A DNA stretch of 63,813 bases, counting the filler, from Dirinaria sp. TL-2023a (taxonomy: Eukaryota): assembly GCA_051941275.1 (NCBI GenBank). It is 33 parts of 33 records of this genome, joined end to end, with 100 filler letters (N's around TTAATTAATTAA, not from the genome) between each part and the next. Parts side by side here need not be neighbours in the genome. Positions count along the whole stretch, not along the records: positions 37,051 to 38,883 come from JAVEBF010002516.1; positions 38,984 to 40,813 come from JAVEBF010002517.1; positions 40,914 to 42,741 come from JAVEBF010002518.1; positions 42,842 to 44,667 come from JAVEBF010002519.1; positions 44,768 to 46,591 come from JAVEBF010002520.1; positions 46,692 to 48,515 come from JAVEBF010002521.1; positions 48,616 to 50,437 come from JAVEBF010002522.1; 26 more parts are not named here. The stretch is one strand, 5' to 3'. Shown in pieces: positions 37,957 through 50,537 of the stretch. A model generated the notes under the pieces. The model searched no databases and had not been told where the DNA came from. It was given only the letters and a program-made list of their open reading frames with translations. Position 1 is the stretch's first letter. Every line of letters begins with the position of its first letter. Made by a program: the position numbers and the translations under genes.

Positions 37957-38883
37957 CTATACAGCATCCACCCCCTTTTCCCACTCCTCGCGCTCCTTGC
38001 GCAAGAAATGCTGCACCGAAAACGTCGTGATGACGGCCCACAACCCGACCCAGAGCGGAGGCACCCCCCATCCGATCCCATACCCCACCGTCTGCGGCAC
38101 CTGCGGGACCCCCGCGACAACCATGCACGCAACCCCGACCAGCAGCGCGGGGACAGACCAAAAAAGATCGACGCGGTGCAGAAGCACGCGAAACGCGTGA
38201 CTGGCCTCGTAGCGCTCGTTGATCGCTTTGCGGTACGCACGCCCCGCGCCCGTGTCCACTGCGATGACGTCTTCGAGGATCGTGTAGGTCATGGGCCGGA
38301 CGGGGACGCCTTTTGGTAAAGAGGAGATCTGGAAGGGGGTTTTGCAACGTAGGGTGTGCAGGATGGAGAAGAGGAGGAGTTCGCTGCCGAAGAAGACGAT
38401 GAAGGAGGGCGCGGGCATGGCGCAGAGACGGACGAAGGGGTCGTGGGGCGCTGCGCCTACTATGAGTTCGATCTGTGACTGTGTCAGGCGATGAGGTGAG
38501 GAGTAAGGGGAGGGCGAGACAGACCAGAGCGATCGTGTACCCGATCGTATAGCTGATGTGGAAGAAGTCGAAGCCGTTCTTCTTCCCGCCAAACGGACGG
38601 ACCCATTCCTGCCTCCACAGCTGCCAGCTCCGGTACGCCCACTCCAGCCCGCTGATGATCCCGAACAGCCCCGTTGTCACGGCGAAGATGTACGCGGGAG
38701 CGAGGTCCGACGAGTACCACAGCGGGTAGAAGAGGACGAGCGGCATGATGGCCGCGTCTAAGGCTAGTAGACTCCATATTATGGCGATGTTCCGCTTGTG
38801 CTCGCGCAGCGAGTAGGGGAGTTCGGGGAGGGGAGAGAGAGCGGTGGTTTCAGCAGTGGCGGCGGATGCTTCACTGTCTGGGG
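37957..38883 (-). CDS. Conserved fungal multi-pass membrane protein of unknown function, 5' truncated, intron 38524-38473
   Basis: Hydrophobic helices; TPFQISSLPKG..VRPMTYTILEDVIAVDTGAGRAYR..INERYEAS..FR...GYGIGWGVP. Confidence 0.75.
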
Positions 38884-38983
38884 NNNNNNNNNNNNNNNNN
38901 NNNNNNNNNNNNNNNNNNNNNNNNNNNTTAATTAATTAANNNNNNNNNNNNNNNNNNNNNNNNNNNNNNNNNNNNNNNNNNNN

Positions 38984-40813
38984 GAAGAATCACGTTCTTG
39001 GCGTCTTTAGTCTAAAAGATATAGAAAAGGCCCTTAGTATCAAATCTAAGATCAATTCGACGACGAAGCTGTCATCGAAATTCAGTCACTTTCTGAATGT
39101 ATTTTTTCACAAAGAGGCTGACAAGCTTCTCGCGCATCGTTCTTATAATCACAAGATCGAATTACTAGATGATAAGAAGTCAGACTTCGAGTCTCTGTAC
39201 GACATGTTCAGAAACGAACTTCTAGTTCTACAGAAATATTTGACTGAGAATCTAGTCAAAGAATTTATTAGAGCTAGTTCTTCTGAATACTCGTCATCAG
39301 TACTCTTTGTTAAAAAACTCAGTGAAGAACTGCGGTTCTGCGTGAACTATAAAGAACTTAACGCTATCATCAGAAAGAACCGCTATTCTATTTCTCTCGT
39401 ACAAGAAACCTTAGATCGTCTGTGCAAAGTCAAGTACTACTCTAAGATTGACATTATTGCGGCTTTCAATGGTCTACGTGTAGCTTTCGATCACGAGAAA
39501 TACATCGCGTTTCGCACTCGATTTGATTTATTCGAATATTTAGTTATGCTCTTCGATCTTTGCAACGCATTCTCGTTTTGACAACATTTTATCAATGATA
39601 TTCTACGAGAGCATTTAGACGATTTCTGCATCGCGTATCTCGACGACATTCTCATCTATAACAACACTCGTGAAGAGCACATTAAACACGTTATCTGAGT
39701 TCTGAAACAATTGCGAAAAGCTGACATTCAAGTCGACATTGATAAATGCGAATTCTACGTTCAAGAAGTCAAATATCTAGATCTAATTATTACTATCGAA
39801 GACATTAAGATGAACTCTGAGAAGATTCAAGCTATTGTGAACTGAGAAGTCTCGACTACTCTAAGAGAAGTTCAATTCTTCTTAGAATTTGTCAATTTCT
39901 ACAGAAGATTTATTCGAAAGTTCAGTAAAATTGCAGCTCGATTAATTGATCTTATTAAGAAGGAACAATCATTTATATAAATCAAAGATTGTCAAAAAGT
40001 CTTTGAAAAGCTTAAAAAAGTCTTCATTTTCGTCTCTGTACTTCGATACTTCGATTTCGAGCTTGAAACATTCGTTGAAACTGACGTCTTCGATGAGAAA
40101 CTCGATGAGATCATGTCGCAATTAGGACTCGATGAACAGTTATATTCAGTCGTCTTTTTTTTCAAGACTATGTTGTCTGTCGAATGCAACTATGGGATTT
40201 ATGATAAGAAACTCTTAGCAGTCGTTCGAGTTTTCGAGAAATGACGTCTCGAGCTAGAAGATTTCAAATTTTCTATTCAAGTTATGATCGATCATAAGAA
40301 TCTCGAATACTTTATGTTCTTCAAGCTCTTAAATCGTCGTCAAGCTCGTTGATCTGAGTATTTATCACGCTTTCAGTTTCGCATCATTTATCGCTTCGAT
40401 AAACAGAACGTCGCCGCTGATGCTTTAAATCGTTTCGATTCTCGTCTTAAGAAAGAAGATGACAAGTCTCGATGACAAACAGTTCTCAAGCAAAGTAACT
40501 TATCTATTCAAGCTTTGAATCTTCGTGCTTCTGACGTCGATCACGAATTAATCTCATCGACGATAGCTGCGTCTTCTGAAGAAGACTTTCTAATTCGCAA
40601 TGAATTCGAGCCGTCTATCTCAGAAGTCTTCGATGACTCTGTCGACTTCGTTATAGATTCTTCTGCGATTTCTTCGACAACATCGAAATCAACTGTGTCT
40701 CGATTCTCGTCAATTTTCAACTCGTCAATATCAAACACTGAAGTTTTCTTAAATGATCACTTCAGAATCGCTCGACGAAATGATTCATTGTATAAAGAAG
40801 TTCGTCGAGTCTT
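38984..40813 (+). mobile_element. Ty3/Gypsy pol relic (RT and RNase H), inactivated
   Basis: VLFVKK..LRFCVNYKELN, AFRTRFDLFEYLVMLFDLCNA, intact YLDD at 39636-39647, ETDVF, YDKKLLAVV, DHKNLEYF. Confidence 0.95.
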
Positions 40814-40913
40814 NNNNNNNNNNNNNNNNNNNNNNNNNNNNNNNNNNNNNNNNNNNNTTAATTAATTAANNNNNNNNNNNNNNNNNNNNNNNNNNNNNNN
40901 NNNNNNNNNNNNN

Positions 40914-42741
40914 CATTGAGAGTTTGCAAACAGGAGACCGCTAGGTTCCCGTGGTCTTCATTTTATGACGCGGTAGAGAAGAAAATCGAATCAAACTTGG
41001 GCGATGATCAATCCAGCCCCTCTTCCAGCCCCTCTGTTTTGGGCCATGCTAGCATTGCGTGTCGTAACCTGCCTTTCCCGGTATTTCAAATTCTGCTATT
41101 GTCGCTTCACACACTTCAACACTTCCCAGATGAGAGACTTCTCGATATTGAGTGTGCAAGGGGGATCACAACAGCAATTGTCTGGTGCTACTATGTCCTT
41201 GGTCTGAGCGTCAAACTCACTTTTCGGGGTCATAAAATCGAATTTGGGGAGCCCCCTATAAACGTTTTCATACGACAATCCACCGCTAGTTCTTTCTCGT
41301 CCTATGCTTCATTGATGCATCCGAAGGGCTCACATGAACCTCTATTCCATCTTGTCAGTGATGGAGGTGACCCAGGGCTCTGGCCCGAGCTTCGGAGAAA
41401 AGCGCGGGGATTCGGCCATGAAGCTATCCAACAGCTTGGCGTGGGCGGAGAGGATTTAATTAAATATTCCAACTGGGTCATGCATCAAAGTCTTCGTGTG
41501 CTGCGAGTGCCTGCAGAACTTAATGCCAAATCTATTCCAAAGAGGTCTATCCCGAATCAGCTGCGTGGTTTCGGCAAATGGTCAACTGCTGGGTCATGCA
41601 ATCTCACAGAAGATAACATTATTCTGGCAGGCAAAATCCTGTTTGACCTCGAAGATGCCAGTGAGAGAACCATAAAAGAGGGCGTAGTCGGGCAGGCCCC
41701 CGCCCGTCCCCATTTACTTGATCTGTCGAGTTTGGTGGTGCTTCTTCTCTCCCTTGCAAGAGTTCAACCAGAAGACCTACACAATTGTACTGACCTACCG
41801 TTATCGACGAAGGCCCAGGATTGGCTTAAAAATGAAGAGCCCTGCGTTCAAAGGATCGTAGAGGGAAAACTGCATATGGTCGCCCTTGGATTGACCGAGT
41901 CTTTCAATATTCTGTCACACTTTCTCCAGGGGCCCATTGTCTCAAAAGAAATGGACGAGCGTAGCGTTCTTGTGAATGCTTGCGGCTGGAGTATATTTTT
42001 TGATTCTATAAATTGTTTGGATCCAGCAGAAATTTTTGTTTCTTCTCTGCGGATCGTTTTTGGGATTCCAGCCCGCAATGGCGTTCGGAAAATGCGAATA
42101 GTTGATGGGCCCCTACATCACATATATCGCAACCGTGAATCAGTAAATCTGATAGATCCGGGCGGCAGATCCCTCGAGTCTTGGATTGGCTTCAGTCGTT
42201 CGATTCGCGGACGAGCTCTCATTGGCTATGATGGGCCCGATGCGTTTCAGATTACCCAGACATTCGAGTTCCAGGATCGCGAGAAGAAGACTCAGAAATT
42301 CCTTGTTGGCTTCCGAGAAATGATTATCATTTGCCTCAGATTTTCCCCACTCCTACCTTGTCACTGTGATAGAGATCCATTAAATTTCTACGACGTCGCA
42401 GAATTTTATGCCAGCCGTAAGGACTTAGTTGATGATAAATCACACAATCAGGGTAATTGGGTCTTCCGAAACTTGCATTATGTAGACGGTGACAAGGTTC
42501 GTACCTTTTCAGATTTGAGCCATTCTACCAAGCTTCCGGAAAGGAGTGGGCCCCTTGGTGAATGTGTATTCTGCGCATGGAATGGATGCCAGGGCCAGGC
42601 AGAGTCTGTAGCATGGCTCTTCTTCGTTTCTCACAATCCAGCAGCGCGGTGGATACAATTATCCTACATGCACCCCGAGCAAAAAGATAGTGGCGACGGA
42701 AAAGCACTGTTCCTTTTACGTGGTCCAGAAACTTGTCTCCA
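40914..42741 (+). CDS. Hypothetical protein, internal fragment (>600 aa open across the whole contig)
   Basis: Uninterrupted ORF with normal composition; no family recognised. Confidence 0.7.
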
Positions 42742-43624
42742 NNNNNNNNNNNNNNNNNNNNNNNNNNNNNNNNNNNNNNNNNNNNTTAATTAATTAANNN
42801 NNNNNNNNNNNNNNNNNNNNNNNNNNNNNNNNNNNNNNNNNCGGGGGGTTGTATGTAGGTAGTAATGGATCGGTTCGTCAGATATAGAAAGTTCTCAAAA
42901 GGGGGGAATACCTAAGACTCGGCGGAAAGGGTATAAGGGAATAGAAGAGTTTAAGTCTACAGGGAAATAATACGCAGAAGAAAGACCGGTTCTGACTGAA
43001 GTGGAAAAAAGGAGCTTGTTGACCAATCTTAGGTTTAAACGCTCGGCATCTTTAGAGGAAATTCGTTTTGAGAAATAAAGTAGGTACGATTGAGCTCGTG
43101 AGAACAAATCGGGAAACAAGAGGTCGAATGTAAAGTATTCTCTCGGCGATTTGAGGCTTCAGGAGGCCTTTCGTAATGTGATGTATCGCTTTATCGTGAT
43201 TGGAAATGCTGATATCCTTCATGCGGTCCTTTAGTTTTGAGTGGGGGTTTTGCGCATGTTTGGGAAGGATGACACTGGTAAGTACTATCAATATGTATTA
43301 ATAACTTTCTTGTCAGCGACGGCGGAGTTGGAATGAGATTTAGCAACGTGAAGAAACTCAGAACGGGTCAGCTGGTGGCATGAACGTTCGTTGATTGTCC
43401 TAAGAGGGTCTGAGATGCTCTACTCAAACCAATCGTTTCCCCATGATGCCACCTAGCTCTTCGATCCTATAGTATTTTCATCACGTCCACCTGACCATTC
43501 GCTCTTGCCGCTTCTAGTGTGTTGCCATACATTTCATCTTGCTTATTTGTTTAGATCGTAAATCGCAGGGCCTAGCGTAGATTAGCCGTTATGCGTTTCA
43601 TTCTCCACTCAGCATTCTTACCAA

Positions 43625-44667
43625 CTATGCCGGAAATACTACTCCCTGATGGTCACCCGTTGCATTTGTACCACCAGCGTTGATATAAGCCGAATGATTC
43701 AGCAGCATCCGCACCACCCCAAATTTTTGAAATTTGTTCGCAGCCTCCAGTGCGCTGGCATATACTCCACCTCGCGCATTGGTAACAGCTCCGTGGTTCA
43801 GTAGGACCTGCACCACTTCAAAATAGCCTTTTGCTGACGTCGCGCACAGTGCGTTGCCAAACTCTCCACCTCGCGCATTGATATCAGCTCCGTGATCCAG
43901 TAGGATCTGCACCACTTCAACATAGCCCTCTGCCGATGCCGCCTGCAGTGCGCTGCCAAACTCTCCACCTTGTGCATTGATGTCAGCCCCATATTTGAGC
44001 AAAATCTGCGCCACTTCGACATGGCCACGTACTGACGCCGCTTGCAGTGCGTTGCCATTATATCCACCTTTCGCGTTGACGTCAGCCTCTTGATCGAAGA
44101 GCATCTGCACAATCTCGACATGACCAGATCTTGACGCTGCGTGCAGTGCGTTGCCATGTGTTCCACCTTGCGCGTTGACATCAGCCTCTTGATTGAGCAG
44201 CATCCGCACCACTTTGGCATGACCATGTCTTGATGCGGTCTGCAGTGCGTTGTCATAACATTCGTCGCGCGCGTCCATATCAGCTTCAAAGTTTAGCAGC
44301 ATCTGAACCACTTCTACATGTCCCTCTTTTGATGCATTTTGAAGTGCATCCCTATAGGACTCTGAATGGATATCAGCATCATGATTGAGCAGCATTTGCA
44401 CCACATTTCCGTGTCCATTTTTTGACGCCATCTTGAGTGCATCGCTGCAATAATAGTATGGACTTAATTCAGGCGGATCATCAAGCAGCATCTGCACAGC
44501 GTCTGCGTGTTCTTTTTTTAATGCATTCTGCAGTGCATCGGAATAGGCGTACGGGTCGATGTCAGTCTCATGGTCAAGTAACTTCTGCACCACATCTGCA
44601 TAACCATTCTCTGACGCCAAATCCAGCGAGTAGCATAACGATTGCGGGTCAATATCAGCCTCATGAT
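43625..44667 (-). CDS. C-terminal ankyrin-repeat array, probably the sensor domain of a fungal NLR; 5' truncated
   Basis: About ten 33-aa units of type NA(Q/R/K)GGx(F/Y/H)G(N/S)AL(Q/H)AAS..G(H/Y).EVVQ.LL..(G/E)AD. Confidence 0.88.
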
Positions 44668-44767
44668 NNNNNNNNNNNNNNNNNNNNNNNNNNNNNNNNN
44701 NNNNNNNNNNNTTAATTAATTAANNNNNNNNNNNNNNNNNNNNNNNNNNNNNNNNNNNNNNNNNNNN

Positions 44768-46591
44768 ATTCAAAGCGTCATCAAAGATAGAATATTTCAG
44801 CGTGTCAAATGCGTCAGATATAAAGCTGTTTATCGAGAAGCTCTGATGTGAGAGATCGTGAATGCGCCTTCAACCGCCAGATGCCTTAGGCACTAGATCT
44901 AGCGGCGACGATATAAAGCGTCTGATAGACTTTCTCGTCATTCGTGTGATGCGGTGAGCCTTTATTTGCTTTTGTAGGTCGGCGGTAAGGATATCAGATG
45001 CAGAAGAAGCGGAAGAATGGTTAGATGTCAAAAATAGGCTTTTCGGGTCGATATATCCGATTTTTGCGCCGTGAGTGAATATTCTGATTAGTGTGTTCGC
45101 AAATTTCTTATCGAGATGCTCTTTCAATCGCATGACTCAATTTGAAGCGTTCAAAGGCTCTGTATCGTCAAGAGATAACTCGTTCGTCGACGTTATGTCA
45201 TACAGAAAGGCTTCGTTAATTGATTGCAGTGTCATAGAGATCGTCGGCGTCGATCTAGACGCAGCGATGAGTCATCGACGCGGGTTCGAAGACAATGGTA
45301 TAGAATTGCTAGATGATAATGCTTGCTTGCATTTCTTCATATCGTGCTCAGTTGACTGACACTTTGCGCAGATATGCTTTCACTTGCAAGCGGGGTCATT
45401 GCAATCGACGGCGTTATTCCATTTATGACAATAACCCTTTGGAATGCGGGTGCTGGGTGCCGCCGAGGTGATCGATGCAGTTTTGACTCTATAAGGCTTC
45501 TTTTTCATCAGGATTCTGCTCTTCAAATGTGTGTTGACTGTGCGTCATTCATCGACGTCGTCTTGACCTTGAATAAGGCGTGCACATAAGAAGGTTTCAT
45601 TGAAGAGCACAACTGAGTCAAAGGTATGCGAAATGAAGTGCTGAAAAATGCGATATCGATATGCGGAGAGCGCCTTATTCAGCTCGTCGCGCAGCTGCAG
45701 CAATGTCAATTGTCGCACTATTTGACAATAGATTTTCATACACATACCGAACTGCGCAATGCTCTTGAACTCGACAGCGACGGCGTCATCGTACTGCGCA
45801 AAGCGATCTGCTCAATCATTTGAAAGCTTTTTGATGTTTGCAGAATTAAAATGATCTCATCAAATCTCAGTGAAGAATTTTCTATTCATCGCTGGGAACA
45901 TTTCAATAAGATATAAGAAAGAGGGTTCTTTATCGTGTTCAGTGCGAAAGAAAGGTCGATTATCTGGCGGCGATGTGTATTGCGCATCAGATGAGGCATA
46001 TAATGAGGCAAAAGGTGAAGATGCAAGTGGCATCGTCGATAATGCTGCCGGCATATCAGGTGAGATAGCAGAAAAGAATCCGTGCTTTTCTCTCAAGGCG
46101 CGAAGTTCCTCCTTCAGTTCGTTATATCGATTTTCTGTCTCAATGTCTATCAACAGACGTTGGATATCTGCATCGCGCGTTGGCGATAAGGTAGGCTGTG
46201 AGTCAGGCATCTTCACCGACGATGAGACGATGCCAACAAGAGTATCGAGTGACGATGACGATGCAGATGTAGATGTCTGCTCCTTCTGAGCACGGCGGGT
46301 GACCCTTCTGACTCTAGTAGACTGACGAACTGAAGGCATCGATGCAACGATGAGATAGAATATTAGATAAAGCGCTTCCGCAGTGCGATATCGAGTGCGA
46401 TAATCAGCAGGCGATGAAGCAATTCCGAAAGTCAAAGGTGGTGCCGATGAGGCATTATATGCTCACCCATACACACTGTCAAGCATGCTGCGAAAACCAC
46501 ATCGCCAATGTTGCTACCTGCATCAGGGAGGCCTACCCATGCTGCTAACTGCATCGGGAAGGTCTATGCTTGTATGCCCTGAGTCAGCGAC
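44768..46591 (-). mobile_element. DIRS/Ngaro-type (tyrosine-recombinase) retrotransposon: gag with Cys/His fingers and start of RT, partly mutated
   Basis: CHKWNNAVDCNDPACK*KHICAKCQSTEHDMKKC; GAKIGY...FISSPLDLVPKASGG*RRIHDLS...SINSFI. Confidence 0.82.
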
Positions 46592-48615
46592 NNNNNNNNN
46601 NNNNNNNNNNNNNNNNNNNNNNNNNNNNNNNNNNNTTAATTAATTAANNNNNNNNNNNNNNNNNNNNNNNNNNNNNNNNNNNNNNNNNNNNCAGGCGAAA
46701 AGTGGGCAGTTTGATTTGGCGAGCCGACGTTTGGTCGCACCGGGGGTTTGGGATGCAGAGTGCAGAGTGCAGAGTGCAGTGGTGCAGTTGATGCGGAAGG
46801 AAGGCTAAACCGGGAATGACACGTCGCGTGGCCCAGCTGCAAGCCTCAAGAGACTGCAGAGAGAGTGCAGACGCCGCGATATGCACAGTGAGAGGGGAGT
46901 GGGGAGGGTACTGGTGACGGGTACTGGGTCTCCTCGAGAGCAGGTGGTTGCGTGGTGACTGGTTGCCAACCACCAAAATTCCCCATTGCACCCCTTCGCT
47001 TCCACATGATCCTTTATGAGCCACCCCGGTTAGGATCGAAGCTAAAAGCGATCCCTCTAGGAGCGACTACTCCGTACTCCCCTCTAGTCCCGGTGACACT
47101 GACCATCCCGTTGACAGAAAAGGTTCGGCGGCGCTTCCATAGGGTAATGCCTGTCCTAATCTGGTCAATCTGTCTCGGGTCCAGCTACAGCTCGTTGCGC
47201 TCTCCCGCTTCAACCTGCCCGCGTCCAATAATCTCCTCCAATGCAGAGCTAGCCATCTTACCCCCCGTCCTTCCCACACCCCAAAAAAAAAAAAACAAAA
47301 AACAAAAACCAAAAGCAAGGGAAAAAAAAGGAAAAAAGAAAAATGCGAGGGAAATGAAGAAACTCCTTTATGACAATACTAATGTCCGCCACCAAATGCT
47401 CGTGAACTCATGATCCAACGCCAGACAGCCACAAAGGGGCATGTCGGACTTAGGGCATCGGGGTGCTGTCCTGCCTTTTTCGGACTATCTGGATGGCTTG
47501 AGGCTGACCTCGTTATGCCCGAGCATCACTGGAAAAGAAAAAGCCACAATTGATTTTAACCCCTTGTCAACCGATCACTGTCGGGAAGGTAGCTCGCGAC
47601 TTCAGATCATCGGTGATCTCATCTCGAGATATGTGTCGGGAGCTAATCCCCAAGCCTCCTCACGCTCATTGGGGGAAATAAGAAAGGTGGAAATTTGTTG
47701 CTATCCGGATTCGCAAGTCCCTGCCATTTACATCATCTTCATCATCATACGAAGGCATCGCAAGTCGCTATTGCTTGCGAAAACCAACTTGATCAGCGGT
47801 AACGGCGGCCTAACAAACCGAGAACTGAGACCTGCGGACCCATCCGTCGTGACTCCGCGGCAAGCATTCAAGGGCTTCCACCGAAACAAATGCGTGGCTT
47901 GCTATCTAACCCCCGATGATGATTAGTATTATTAGTTACAGGGTCGTATCAGAACATGCGTCTACTCGAAACATGTCGCTGGTCGTGTAGTGTGCGACAG
48001 CTCGTGCAACGAAGAAGAGTGGTTCCCACCGCGCAAGATCAAGTGGTGCATACAAGCGCTTGCTTCGATGCTGCCCAGATTATGCCTGGTCGGTAGCTAG
48101 AGTCAAAGGCAGTCCAATCCTCACTGCTGCGACGAGCATACGGTAATTGAATCCGTTGTCACTTGTACTGCATCGACAGCGTGGAAGCGCATGCATGCAT
48201 GAGCGATCATTGATGATTGGGCGGATGCGAGCTTGACAGTTGACTGTGCATCAAGCCGCAGTAGTGTTTCGGCCTGCTCTCTTTCTGCTTTTTTTTTTTT
48301 CGAAGGGGGATGAACGACCTGCAAAATCATGTATGTACGGGAGTCAGGTAGCTACGTACGAAACATGCTACAAGCTGTAGGATCATGGGTCGCATGACAT
48401 GAAGCTCAAGCGCTACAGATTGCCGGTATTACACTTCGCCGGCTGATGAAGTCCAGTGAGTGCACCCTCGGCAAGCCACACGCGAGCAGGCTTGGGGGGG
48501 GGGGTTCTCAGGGGGNNNNNNNNNNNNNNNNNNNNNNNNNNNNNNNNNNNNNNNNNNNNTTAATTAATTAANNNNNNNNNNNNNNNNNNNNNNNNNNNNN
48601 NNNNNNNNNNNNNNN

Positions 48616-49981
48616 GCCCAGCACCACTCCACCGGGCAACTGGTTGCCGAACAGAGAAATGCTGATGAACAGACTGACGAGTTTCCTGAGATTTAGGACG
48701 ATGGTGACGCCGATGGCGGAGGTGTGCGCCGCCAGGGAGTTGACGCCGCGAATACAGGCGTATTGCGTCAGGGCGTTGAGGGCGAGGGAGGCGACGTGTG
48801 TTGGGATTGTGAGGTTTGGGAGGGTCCTCCAGGATGGCGAGAGGGAGGAGGGGGTGATGGATGGAGAGGAGAGGTGGAGCGGCGGGGAGGAAAGGAGTTG
48901 GCGGAACTGGTGCAGGAGAGAATTGGTGAAGGGGAGGAAGAGGGGGAGGGATAGGAAGTGGGAGTAGAATAGGTTTTCGTGCCAGTGGGAACCGTGTTTG
49001 GCGTATGTTATTTGGATGTAGAGACCCATTATTGCGGAGAGGAGTTGGGCGAGGGCAAGGATTAGGAGGCCCCCGAGGGGTGTGGATGTTTTGGTTGATG
49101 TTTTGCCCTGATGTTTCCGGAGGGAGCGATATGAGTTTTAAGATTATGGGATTGGATATATAGGGGTAGGGATTACCTTTGACTGAGCATCGGTCATTGC
49201 AGCCAGGATAACGCCAATGGTGAGCATGGCGACGCTCATAACCTGAACACGCGTATACCGCGTACCCCAAACATATCCAACGAGCATTGTAGTGATGCTC
49301 CCGCCACTACGAAGTATGATGTGTACCGGCACCGAAATATTGTATCCAAAAGCGAAATTGTTAAGCATGTTGACGGCGCAGAAAAGGATAATGTTGGGTA
49401 TCCATACGATCAAAGGTATCGCTCGTGGTTTGAGGAACAGCGGTGGGTGCGAGATGGAAAAGTGGGATGGCCATGTCATGATCGCAACGAAGAAGAATTG
49501 GCTGAAGGTGATGAGGAGGCCTGAGTCATGTCAGTTTTCAGCATGTCTGGGGATCCAAGGTATGAAATGGTACCGCTATCGGGCTCTTCTCTAGAACCAG
49601 GGATCAGCGAAAGTGAGGAAGCAATATAGACTTCAAAGACTCACTTCACTATCGTCTCTAGGGCGAAGACCTGCGTCCAGACTGGGTAAGCAAGTACTTG
49701 TGTAGGTGGCTACTAGGATCGCTCACGTTCGAGCAGCATCCCCCAAAAATCAAGGAAACCACCAGACCCCAGCTGACCAGCGACGGCAGATTTGCGTAGA
49801 TCATGGCTCCGGCAATTCCAACTGCCTTCGAAGGCGTGAGATGACCATCTGCATGGAGACGAGGCTTCTTGGTTTCGAGTGACGGGCCTGCGTCGATGGA
49901 CTTGGTGCTTGGAGGCTGATCGGGAGACGTTTCGGGACCATTACGTCGTCGGGGACGACCTTGGGCTTTCAATGCCGGCAT
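48616..49981 (-). CDS. YEA4: UDP-GlcNAc / nucleotide-sugar transporter (UAA family, SLC35B4 homolog), multi-exon, 3' truncated
   Basis: LIFGGCCSN|VFALE, LLITFSQF, NNFAFGYNISVPVHIILRSGG, WHENLFYSHFLSLP, NALTQYACIRGVN, IVLNLRKLVSL. Confidence 0.93.
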
Positions 49982-50537
49982 TGTAAATCCGTGCTCTGAC
50001 TTTGCAACTGCCAGGAGGGAAAGCTTCTGAAGTACCTGATATTCTTTGCGAAAGATTAAGGTGTTCCAATGGCATGCTCTTTGGTTGAGGAGCCTCGGAA
50101 TGCTACCATCTCATACTCTGACAAGGTTTCTCATCGTTGCTTAATTCAATGGCGGAATCGATATTCAATTTCGATCTTCGCCAAAGGCGTAACGTCAGTC
50201 ATCTTTGTAAGGTAAGGTAGGTAAGGCCATATGGTATCTTACATGACTTTCACTCTGAATTCCATTCGGCCCGAGGGCCCGGGCCTGAAATGGATCTGGG
50301 CCTTTCTAGGGTTATTCCTGAAGATCTCCCGTCCCGCTTCTCTAGGGTTGACGCTGCCGAATCTGCCTATTAAGGTCAGGGCTACCTTAAGCTACCTCAG
50401 GTAGGATATCCGGCCGGCGATGAGGATCACCTGTACGNNNNNNNNNNNNNNNNNNNNNNNNNNNNNNNNNNNNNNNNNNNNTTAATTAATTAANNNNNNN
50501 NNNNNNNNNNNNNNNNNNNNNNNNNNNNNNNNNNNNN

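Noticed and set aside
35118..40813. Alternative genetic code (TGA = Trp), suggested by TGA at conserved Trp positions
   Set aside because: It occurs only in repeats and pseudogenes together with Gly>Asp/Glu and Pro>Ser/Leu changes; normal genes use TGG for Trp and TGA as a stop.
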